DNA of 64,000 nucleotides from Nitrospirales bacterium (GTDB lineage Bacteria; Nitrospirota; Nitrospiria; Nitrospirales; UBA8639): NCBI GenBank assembly GCA_965203295.1, contig CBDBCZ010000018.1, positions 1,152,001 to 1,216,000 of the forward strand, read 5' to 3'. Shown piece by piece: positions 24,111 to 43,456 of this stretch (position 1 is its first letter; each line of letters starts with the position of its first letter). The notes under the pieces were generated by a model. It saw only the letters and a program-made list of their open reading frames with translations, ran no database searches and was not told where the DNA came from. The position numbers and the translations under genes were made by a program.

Positions 24111-25608
24111 TATTCATTTGCCACTGTTTGTGGAAACACTCACTGAAATGTGCCACTTTTATACTGACAACTGGTGCAATAGTGTAAATTCTGTTATGAC
24201 TGAATGAAGTACAAAAATGCAATTTTGCTACCCTCAAGGAAAGTATTTATGTCTCATCCAAAGGGAGGAACACTGGTATGTCTATCTCAGCATTTAGATC
24301 TTTGAAGTCACACCCTGTAACAACTCACATCCTCTTAAAGTCAGTTAAGCCCTTAATTGTGTCTGTCCCACCATCAGCCATGTAACTATGCATGTCAGGG
24401 CTAGTGCAAAAACATAGTCTAATGCAATTTATTGCTTACTTTAATAAGTGTGTAACAGCATTTGCTGGTGTGAATAGCAAGTGTTGGCACACTCGCGTAA
24501 TGGCTTGTGACAAAGGACTTTACCTCATTATAAATCCGATCGGATAACTGGCAACAAGCACTTCTGAATTGGAATTGCTGCAGTAATCACTAATAAAACC
24601 ACCTCCCACCTTGGTTTCAAATTGGTCATAATTACAAATTTCTGTACACTCTTCAGCACCCATCAAAAATAAGTACCCTATAAATATCAGTACACATTAA
24701 ACCAGTTTCTGAATAGCAGTACCCATACAAAGATAAGTAACCATCAGACAACTAAGGATCTATAAATAGTGCATGTGTGACGGGTCCACCTGAGTCTGCA
24801 TCAAAAGGGAAAAGGACTACCTTGTGCGTATGCATTTCGCAGTGCACAGAATGACCACTCAGTGATTCATGTAAGAACAGCGCTGTGACAATCACAGGGT
24901 AAAATGAAGTTGAAAAAATTGACTGTCAAGACCAAAACTGAAGGGTTTTGTGTGCATGCGGTTAGACTAACGTGACTTTTATCCCATTGAAACGTATCCC
25001 ATGATTATAAGTACTCCATAAAATCCACTCATTGAAAATGTACAATCTCTGAATGGAAGCACCGGTACATATACTCTAGAGTTTACGGTGTCTCATTTGG
25101 TAGATTTAATGTATAGCTATATCATTAGGACAGCTTCATCTTTGTTTTTCTATAGATCTGGAGAAAGCCAGTAAATTTTTTTCTTCTGACACATCTGCAT
25201 TGAGGGTATAGTTTATCATTCGACAAATTACTTCTAGGCCACATGATCCTTTGTTAACCTTCACATGGGAACACTAAGAGCTATAAAGCTGTCCAAAACT
25301 TAGTATTGGCAAAAAGTTATCCTCTGTGCTCACTGTACTCCAAAGGGAATGGAACTTTGTCCTTGTACTGGGAACTAAAAGGTGTTTGCTATTTCTTTTG
25401 TTCATTTCATTTGCGATTACTTTGCTATGTCGCCCTGCAATGCATGTTTTTTTTAACGTGTTCTGAAGTGTTAATTAATGCGTGTTTGTGTTGCTGTATT
25501 CAAACACACTGCAGCACATTGTATCAAAAAATACAAAGAAGACACAAGTGAAAAAAGGACATAATTATAGAATTGAGATTGTTACACACGGTGGCCTGAA
25601 AGGTCTTA

Positions 25609-25897
25609 GTGCTGTAATAGTCATATCAGTACTCCTCCTTTTGTGCTGTAATAGTCATATCAGTACTCCTCCTTTTGTGCTGTAATAGTCATATCAGTAC
25701 TCCTCCTTTTGTGCTGTAATAGTCATATCAGTACTCCTCCTTTTGTGCTGTAATAGTCATATCAGTACTCCTCCTTTAATTTTGTGCTGTAATAGTCATT
25801 TCAGTACTCCTCCTTTTGTGCTGTAATACATGTAGTCATTTCAGTACTCCTCCTTTTGTGCTGTAATACATGTAGTCATATCAGTACTCCTCCTTTT
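25609..25897 (+). repeat. 34-bp minisatellite, second copy
   Basis: Same array as 17698-17986. Confidence 0.95.
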
Positions 25898-26850
25898 GGC
25901 AATTTCTTTCATCGAGGCTGTCAAACCATTTATGATATAACTTTGTTCCTGCATGCCTGGACAGATTTTATATGCTGTCCCGTCTGAGTAGCTATTAGTG
26001 GCATATCATCATTTCTCAGTGCTTGGCTCTATAACTATAGTACCCATTTGTTCTCAGACAAAACAGGTTGATTAGTGCATGGACAAAGTTCCTTTCCTGA
26101 GTGTGCCATTACTTGCTACCCACAACGGCAATAATGGTGGTGGCCTGTAATAGTCATATCAGTACTCCTCCTTTTGGCAATTTCTTTTATTGCATGAGGC
26201 AGTCAAACCATTAGCTATATGTTATAGCTTTGTTACTGCATGCCTGGACAGATTTTAAAAACTCTCACGTCAGTACCTATTAATTTAGTAGCATATCACC
26301 ATTTCTCACTTTTTAGCAAAGTAGCTATAGTACCCTTTTCTTCTCAGACAATACAGGTTGATTAATAGCTACAAGGACAAAGTTCCTTTCCTGCCTGTGT
26401 GCCAATACTTGCTACCCACAAAAGCATATTATGGTTATATAGGCCTTGACAAAATTTAACTATGCTAGCATAACTTTGGGTACATAGAATTGTGCTGGAA
26501 TAATAGGCATGAATTTCCAGACCTGTGAGAATAATAGGCTGTCATTAAAACTAATTTATATTTTAATACCTACACATTGTACCAAACTGCTGTATTTTAC
26601 CATTATTTGCATTGATTATTGCAATGACAATGTTACTGATCAGCAGCAATCATTCTTACATAAAGATTACTATACAACCAACGCCAGCGCTAAACAGCAT
26701 TTTTTCATAGAACGAGACTACATGTATATTGTCAAAATTAATACACAATAAATTGACTACACTAAGTTGTTAACCCTGCCCATGCGGGAGTGAGGCTACA
26801 GTATACACATTGAGTGCACGTGTCTGTTCCTGCTCTAGTGGGTCCATCGC

Positions 26851-26956
26851 TAGTCTCGGCCCCAGACCCTCCCTGCACTCATAAAAAAAAAAAAACGGAA
26901 AAACTTTCCTTCCGTTTTTTTTTTGCGAGTGCAGGGAGGGTCTGGGGCCGAGACTA
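26851..26956. mobile_element. 106-bp palindromic MITE with 9-bp target-site duplication
   Basis: TIR TAGTCTCGGCCCCAGACCCTCCCTGCACTC; flanking direct repeat GTCCATCGC at 26842-26850 and 26957-26965. Confidence 0.9.
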
Positions 26957-27350
26957 GTCCATCGCATGCTCTACTGCCCCAATTAAAAGCACTGTAAGGA
27001 ACAAAATAAATTACTGCGGGAATTTTGCTCTGTGTTCTGAAATAAACTATGCACAAGAGCATGTGTAACACATTCACTTCATTTCTTTCTTCTTTTTTTG
27101 GCAGTTTTGGATTTGGGGTTAGAGTACACTGTTTCAAGCCACTTCGAATACAATAACAATAATCATGACAAAAAATTGAATATCAGCTGGAGTAATGACA
27201 CACAACAAATGCTTCACTGTATGAATCAACAAAACGATGGACAAAACTCCACAAAAAATAAAGAAACAAATCAAAACAAGAGTATAGCAAGTTAATCTGA
27301 TGCACAAAATTAATAATATTGAAGAAAATGAATGAAATGCCCGCAGTTTA

Positions 27351-35311
<7,961 letters not shown>

Positions 35312-36239
35312 GCTGCCGGCTGTGAGAAGTCATGTGATTTAGCCAAGAAAGCACGTGAGTCCCGGTTTATTTTCGCGAGCAATTAATTCTTGCGAATAGG
35401 CGTACAATCACAGTCCGTTTTGCCATCATACCGTAGATAATATTACATTATCTATGGTTTTGCATTTAACTTCCAAATAGGGTCTAAACTATTATTGCAT
35501 CAATATTCTACTATGGATAACTTGGAGTATGGATGGCTATGCTCTAGCTAACTAGCCCTTTCTCTTGTAGACCCTAGTATCAGGGGCCCATATTTGAAAA
35601 AAGGTATGACACGCACCCACCAAGTTGGTTGGTTGTTTGGGCAAGTCAGCAAAAAAGGTCCCAAAAACTAGGGGATTTTTTTGCAGGCAAGAGTTTAGAT
35701 TCTGGCAGTACAAGCGGTAGAGGATGCCTCATATCTAATTACATGTATTCATTATAGTTGGCATGTACTTGCATCTACATGTACTGATTTCATGTTATGG
35801 TTTACTCAGCGGCAGCTCGCCACTGTTTTTGGCCATGGTCACTTGATCAGTTAGTGTGAAGTGAGGGTTGGGTCAAATTAGTTAACTATTTATGATGTCA
35901 GTGCATGGTTAATTAATTTTTTATGACGTAATTATGACGCTTTGTGACGTAGTCAGTAGCTTGTTTCAAGGGGTCTGCAAAAAAGGGGCTGTGCATCATG
36001 GACTTTTTTCGCTGGGGCCTCCTGCTAGTATGGGCTTTTTTTGTTTCTTTGCAGAGTAAAGTGGCCTAAACCAGTAATAGGGTTAAGCCTAGGAAGAGCC
36101 ATAGTGATAGTGCCACTGAAAAATGCAGTGAAGGTTGCTACACTATAGCAAAAAACATTATTGGTAGCTAGCTAGCTAGCTAGTTAGCCTGTGAGCTGCC
36201 CATGCTCTGAGCCATTTAATATAATTATGCACATCTCAG

Positions 36240-38975
36240 AGCTGATAGCCGTCACAGCATATAGAGGAAACAACGGGTGATGTCAGATTTTATTACATTT
36301 TGTTTTTACAGTGCAACAGCTGATATATAGCTGCACAGAGCACAGTGGAAACAGCTGAAAGTTGTCATAGAACTATAGAGGAAATAGCTGTCACTGCATA
36401 CAGGAAACAGGTGCTATAGCAGCCGCAGTCAGATGGGGAAAAAAGAACCTACTGTTCTTATCCATGGAGTAAATCAAAAAATTACTGTCATATTGACTAA
36501 TGGTTGTGTTGTTTGAACGAGTGCATACACAGGTCATTACATGGAAGTTTCAGCCAAGTTGGTGTTAGGGAGTTCATCAAGAATGCCGAAAACCCATCAT
36601 CAACAAGCAAATTAATGCATCACTAAATTTAATGCATCTCCCCCTTGTTAAGGATGAGAACCACAATATATTTCATCAATGAAGATGATTCGTGAAGGTT
36701 TTTTTCCTGCATCCCTGAAACACTCTCTCAATAGCTGAAGCAATTAATTGCACTAATATTTGGTTTACATTGTTAATTTGCTCACATTAATAATGTGATT
36801 TCTGAATTTTTGATAATATTATTTCTCAAGGCAGTGTAAACTAGACGTGGTAATAACTTCTTATCTTTCATGCAGCGATCCAAAAGGTCGTTACATTTGT
36901 CAGACACATTTTTTTTATGTTCATTATGAAATTTTTTACAGAGCATGGCGGAAACAACTGATAGCTGACCACAGCATAATATAAAGGAAACAAAAGGAAT
37001 TTGTTTTTACTATGCATGGAGGAAGCAGCTGATATATAGCTGTCACAGCATAGAGGAAAACAGCTACTAGCTGTCACCACACTGAGGAAACAGCTGATGG
37101 GTGTTTTTCCCCCCACATTCCTGAAATATTTTCATTGTAGGCTACCTCGCTGAAGCAATTAATTGCAACTGCAAGGAATGTTGGAATACACTGTAGGAAA
37201 TGCAATAGTGATCCATTAATTTTCTCACACTGATAATGTGTTCTGATAACTTGATAGAATATTCTCAAGTCAGTCAGTGTAAAACAGTATCTTATTATCT
37301 TTTATAAAGCGATGAAGAAGGTTGTTACATTAATTTTATTTTTTGTTAGTAATGTCAGTCACTTTAGTGATCCATTAAGTTGCTCACATTGATAATGTGC
37401 TTTCTAAATTTTTCACAGTACAAGTCAAGGTAAACCCAGACGTGGTAATAACTTCTTATCTTTCATGCAGCGATCCAAAAGGTCGTTACATTTGTTAGAC
37501 ACTATTTTCTTTGATGTTCATTATTAATTTTTTACAGAGCGTGGCAGAAACTGATATCTAACCACAGCATATAGAGGAAACAAAAGGAATTTGTTTTTTA
37601 TTACCCACGAAGGAAACAGCTGATAGCTAGCTGCCCACAGCATAGAAGAAAACAGCTTATGGGTGTTTTCCCCCCCACATTCCTGAAATATTTTCATTGT
37701 AGCTCGCTGAAGCAATTAATTGCAACTGCAAGGAATGTTGGAATACACTATAGAAAATGCAATAGTGATCCATTAATTTCCTCACACTGATAATGTGTTT
37801 CTGCATACTTGATAGAATATTCTCAAGTCAGTCAGTGTAAAACAGTATCTTATTATCTTTTATAAAGCGATGAAGAAGGTTGTTACATTAATTTTGTCAA
37901 ACATAACATTATTTTTTGTTTGTAATGTCAGTCACTGCTAGATATCTACAGCAATCTAAACAGTAGCTGTAGGTGCTGTCAGATGTCATGCACATTTTGT
38001 TTATACTGTGCATGGAGGAAGCAGATGATAGTTGCATAGAGGAAGAAGGTGCTAGCAGTCACCACACAGAGGTAACAGCTGGTTTGTTGTTTGTTTTATG
38101 GTTGTTTTTTCCACACATTCCCGAAACACTTACTCTGTAGCTGATTCAGTTAGCTAAGTGCAACTGCATTTGGATTACATTGTCGACCAGGAATGTTGAG
38201 ACACAAGGAAACACACTATAGTGATCCATTACTGCTCACATTGATAATGTGCTTTCTGAATTTTTCACAGTACAAGTCAGAAATGGTAATAACTTCTTAT
38301 CTTTCATGCAGCGATCCAAAAAGTCGTTACATTTTGTTAGACACTTTTTTTTTTGATGTTCATCATTAAATTTTACAGAGCATGGCAGAAACTGATAGCT
38401 GACCACAGCATAAAGAAGAAACAAAAGGAATTTGTTTTTATTACCCATGGAGGAAACAGCTGATAGCTTGCTGCCCACAGCATAGAGGAAAACAGCTGCT
38501 AGCTGTCACTGCATAGAGGAAACAGCTGATGGGTGTTTTCACCCACAATCCTGAAATATTGTAGCTAGCTGAATTAATTGCAACTGCATTTGGATTACAA
38601 TGTTAACAAGGAATAGTTGGAAACACTAGGAATCACACTAGTGATCCATTAATTAGCTCACATTTGCTTTCTGCTTTCTTGCTAGAAATTCACTTTCAAG
38701 TCAGTCAATGTAAAACAGCTACGATAGTATCTATTATCTTCCATACAGCAATCCAGAAGTTTGTCATTAATTTTGTCAAACATAACATTTATTGTTTTTA
38801 GTGATGTTCATCGTATATGTGGTGGAAACAACTGATGGCTGACCATATAAAGAAACCAGTCGGTACTGACAGATTTTACTACTGCTTTTACTATGCATGG
38901 AGGAAACTGTTGATAGCTGTCACAGCATAGAGGAAATTGCTGATAACTGCAGGTCACAGTGTAGAGGAACAGCCA
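36240..38975 (+). repeat. Complex diverged tandem repeat with recurrent ACAGCATAGAGGAAACAGCTG core
   Basis: Three related blocks marked by CTTCTTATCTTTCATGCAGCGATCC at 36857, 37452 and 38293. Confidence 0.85.
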
Positions 38976-39068
38976 CAGGTTTCAGATTATGGAGTGAGAC
39001 CAGGTTGAAAATTTGTATTATAATAGGTAATATAATTATAGCTAGTTCTGTATTATAACAGGTATTAT

Positions 39069-39156
39069 ACGAGCCCTTGAATCGCCCCTCTGCAACTAAG
39101 TGCCACGCCGCTTTTGCCATGTTGCAGCAGTTGCAGAGGGGCGATTCAAGGGCTCG
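39069..39156. repeat. Hairpin (inverted repeat)
   Basis: CGAGCCCTTGAATCGCCCCTCTGCAACT / AGTTGCAGAGGGGCGATTCAAGGGCTCG. Confidence 0.85.
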
Positions 39157-42100
39157 GGCTTTAAACACAACAAAATATTCATACGCCATCTTACGAGTCC
39201 ATTTTCAAGGTGATAGAGCCAGGGCGATGTAGTGAAAAAGTCCAAAAACGGTCAATGGAGAGTACTGTACTAAACGTGCATTACGTAATCTACAGTACTG
39301 AGCTACACGTGACTTTAATGAGAGTAAAGGTCAACCTTGACCGACCTCCTCTGGACTAGAGGAGGTACGTCAGCATCACGTGCTAAGAGGCAACTAGTCA
39401 CATGACCAGTAAGTATATCGAGCTATTTCACTTGGAAGAGAGGATCTGTGCGTTTGTGCGTTACTTTTTTGAGAGGTATTCCAGCTAATAACTGCTATAA
39501 ATCAGCAGTCAATACTTTTACCATCATTGAAGGCATCTACCGTATTTCAGGCGAGTGACTCACCGATATACTCTTGCAGTTCAGCCCGATCTTTAGGTCC
39601 ATGATTTTTGCCTTCAAAAAGTAAGCCTTTTGAGCGGCTGAGCCCCTCTGAGTCCCCGGAAAAATAGCGAGAAAATCGAGCCAACTGCACTTGTCATGCT
39701 TGTGCGCATGCGTAATAGCTAAAAGAACGCAATTAATCGTGCACGCTAGTGCATGACGTAAGGCATAATTCAAACCTTGACGTACCTCCTCTGTTCGCCG
39801 ACCTTGACTACATAAGTCCGTGTGCAGCCTTGGGTGTCGCATTGTAGCATTTTTGTTCCAGGACGTTGATGTGAATTTACTTAACACTGTACAACTGATC
39901 TTTTTTGCAGGTGGGTATAAGATAATTTTTCACGATCTGCGATGGCGTTTGTGCATTTTGTTTTTTTTTGTTTTTTGTTGTTGTTGTTGCTTTTGTTGTT
40001 GCATGGGAGAGGCTTTCATCATTAGTGCTAAAATGGCTTGTTTATATACTTGTATTATGCGGTTCCACAGCATTTATGCGGTTGCCTTATATAGTGTTTC
40101 AGAATAGCGTGTGCAGCTGCACGAACGTATTAAAGGGACACCAATCCCTAATAGCTAATCACTCAGATATTCTATATAGGTGAACGCATGGAATGTGTGC
40201 ATGGGACGAATTATATGCATTTGACCGATTCAGTTGGAATCTGTCTTCTGTCTTCTGAATCATGCAGCTGACTATAGCGTCTCTTTGTTTAGAAGAGTAA
40301 TACTCAGTAATAATAATATGGAGATCACTTTCTCACAGCAGGAAGATGCATATGTGTGGTTTCCTTCTACTACTTGTGTCGGTCTTGGCACAAACAAACT
40401 GCCAGTGTAGTGAAGATGAAACACAAAGTGCTGAACTGTCTCATCCATGCAACCAAGTCTATGCTGCACTGGAATCAGCTCTTGTAGACACTGATAATCT
40501 GTATGTGATGAGAAACACGCTATATCCTAGCTCCCGCTTTGCCCCAGCACTGCTGAAGGTGAATTACAACATCCGCCTTTCCGATAATCGTACGTTTACT
40601 ACTACACTGGGTTGGACAGACTCAGGTGTGTTCGCAGCTATCAACCCTCGCACACTCTTTGATCTTCAGCTGCGAATTTTGTATTGGCCGCTGAGAAACA
40701 AGCTGTTGGAGCCTGGAACCATGCATTGAATTAAAACTCCATACACGAAGCAATGAAGTTCTAGATCTCTCCGAGACGTCAACCAATGATGTAACAGAAG
40801 TCCTGAAAATACTGAATGCAAGGGTGAGTGAGATTTCTGTAGTAAGAAAAAAATATTATTAAGCCCATTTGAAGTGCAGTACTCATTGAAAGAGATATCC
40901 TAACGTGTGAGCATTAGTTTATAAGGTTTGAGGACATCATTGGCCTCCTCAATTACACCCCTCACTAGATACCTTTATACGTGGGTTTTAATCAAATAAA
41001 ACCACATCTTTGAAGTAAGAGTACATCGATCGCTGAGATTGGCTCACTGTGCATGTACCAAAGAGATAGTCGCAATAGCCTTTATGTAATAGTGGCCAAC
41101 TGGATACTGCATCTTTATCTTTATAGCGCTAAGTAGTTATACTTATAATAATAACCAAACGGGTTTAGGGTGCAAACTGTAACAGCTGTTTTCTCTTTAC
41201 TGTGACAGCTATATAACTCGTTTCCTCTATATACACTGAATTGTCATTGTATATTAATTACACAATTGAGTGAACACAGCCACAGACCAAGTTGACGTGC
41301 GTATGTCTGGAGGGAGTCCACCAAGAATGCGGGAAACACAGTATTGCTAAATGCAAATAATTATTTCACTAATGTGTTTCCGCATTCTTGAAGCACTCCC
41401 TCTGCAACGGAAACAATTATGATCTACATCGGTTCACATCATTGAGCATGAATGTGGAAACAGATAGGCGATGCATTAATTTGAATGATATTGTGTTTTC
41501 CGCCTTCTTGATGAACTCCCACCAGACACACACACATAATTAACCTTGGCTCTAGATTTGAAACTCAAGCAACAACCGATATGACATTTACTGTGTATGC
41601 TGTGACAACTATCAGCTGATTCTTTTATAATGACAGCTATCAGCTGTTTCCTCCATGTGCAGTAAAAACAAGCACAGTCGTACCGCAGATGGCAGTATAC
41701 GGACAATTATTGAAGAAACGGAAAGTGTGTACGTAAGAAAATTCCAGCGTTTAATTAACGGCACTATAGCTTCCGGTGTGTTTGCAAGACCTAGTACCAC
41801 GAAGTCAGCAGCTGGACGCGCCTGGTTTGCCAGCGGTTTTATAGGCCTATACCTCTGCTATTTACATCCCACGTCTCAAGTTGCAGGCGCTTACCGCTTG
41901 GCCTACAGAAGCCGTTTTGTACGGGCGGTTCGATCGTGCTTCGCGCGAGAGGGGTGCGGTTTTTCTTAGTACATTTTTGTTCGCCCCCCCTGAGCTGCAC
42001 AAAACTGGTACCATTCGAAAGCACTGGAATAGGGCTACAGAATATGCGAAAACTGGATATGTACCGGAGGCAGTCTCCGAGATACGCGCGCTGGTATGCG

Positions 42101-42489
42101 GACTGAAAAATTACAAGTTCCTAGTACCACGTGGTGCAAGACAGTGGCTTCTAACCAAGAGTGCAACTGGAGAAGTCATGTCAGGGCACTCAGAACTGCT
42201 GGGCTTTGTGTCATGAACGTCTGAAAGGCATACACAACCATCCTGGGCAGTGAAACTGTGGTACAGTGCCATCCTCAGTATTCCTCACTTCAGCTACTTT
42301 GATATGCTATGCAAGGTCTAGCAAGGCTGATATAAACTAAAATAGATGCTTAAAGCAAGAGATAGGCCTACAGTGAAAAGAAACATGGAAGTTGCTGTGT
42401 ACAATGTACCTGGGTGTAGTGTAACAGCTGTGAGCTGGTAGCTGCAGCTACAGGGCTACCATGAAAGGTAGACTGCATGGTGTAGACAG

Positions 42490-42726
42490 CCCCTCGCAAA
42501 AATCGGAGGGTCTGGTACAGACGCCGTATTGGATTTGCCTGTCTCAGTGTAAAGCATCATAAAAAGATGACATAGAACGTCAGCAAAGGTATATGTACAG
42601 TCCGACCAATCAGATTGCAGGTGCACTGAAGGATCTCTTTAATTCGTCATATAGCATTCACATTCCAAATTAACAGATAAATCCAATACAGTGTCTGTAC
42701 CAGACCCTCCGTTTTTCGCGAGAGGT
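42490..42726. mobile_element. Nested MITE 1
   Basis: CGGAGGGTCTGGTACAGACGCCGTATTGGATTT / AAATCCAATACAGTGTCTGTACCAGACCCTCCG inverted pair. Confidence 0.75.
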
Positions 42727-42869
42727 ATTAACGCCAGACTTTATGAGAGGTTCCATGACTACATTGATTGTGCTAGCCAGATTTGTGGGAAGCGGTGACT
42801 TGATTATTCTGAAAGTAGTAGGGCCCACATATTCATCTGCCATTGCCAAGTTTGTTAACACAACCTCCT

Positions 42870-43456
42870 GGTCGTTGCTAAAACCCGGGACGGGACGGTC
42901 CCGGCTGCTAAAACACAGGACGATGCGGACGCGCGGAACAAAACAGAAGCTGTGTGACTTTTGTACACTGCTACAAACCCCTAGTTTGTTGCTGGTGGGT
43001 TTGGTTAAACTCTGAGTTGCAAATCTAGAAACATAACTCTCGAGCTAGACTCTCTCGGGCGCGGAAGAGACTATTATATTAAAAAAAATATCGACATGGT
43101 AACAAAGACAGTATTAAACTGTTGCTTGAGAAACAGTAAGGTTGCCAGGCATGATCGAGTGTCTTCAGGCAGCGTGTTTTGTCACTGTAATGCACTGTAT
43201 CGTCAGTGCCTCACTGCGTAAGTCTTACATAGTCTCGTGACCAGACTACTGCGTACGGCGAAAGCAGCAGACTCACCAGCAACAAAACTGCGTGCTGGGG
43301 GCTACAGCAGCGTGCAACAGCCACTCATCCCATAGACAACCTATAGTCATCCACTGATAGCAGCTTGTGTGTGTGTCTCATCCTGTGTTTTAGCAGCCGG
43401 GACGGGACGGAATATTCCGTCACTGTCCCGTCCCGTCCCGGGTTTTAATAACGACC
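42870..43456. mobile_element. Nested MITE 2 with 8-bp TSD
   Basis: TIR GGTCGTTGCTAAAACCCGGGACGGGACGG; TSD AACCTCCT at 42862-42869 and 43457-43464. Confidence 0.88.

Larger units (their letters stand above)
18303..26209 (+). repeat. 7.9-kb tandem duplication, copy 2
   Basis: Starts TGCTTACCTGTCTCG like 10385 and ends GCAGTCAAACC like 18298; 4-nt filler TTAC at the junction. Confidence 0.97.
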
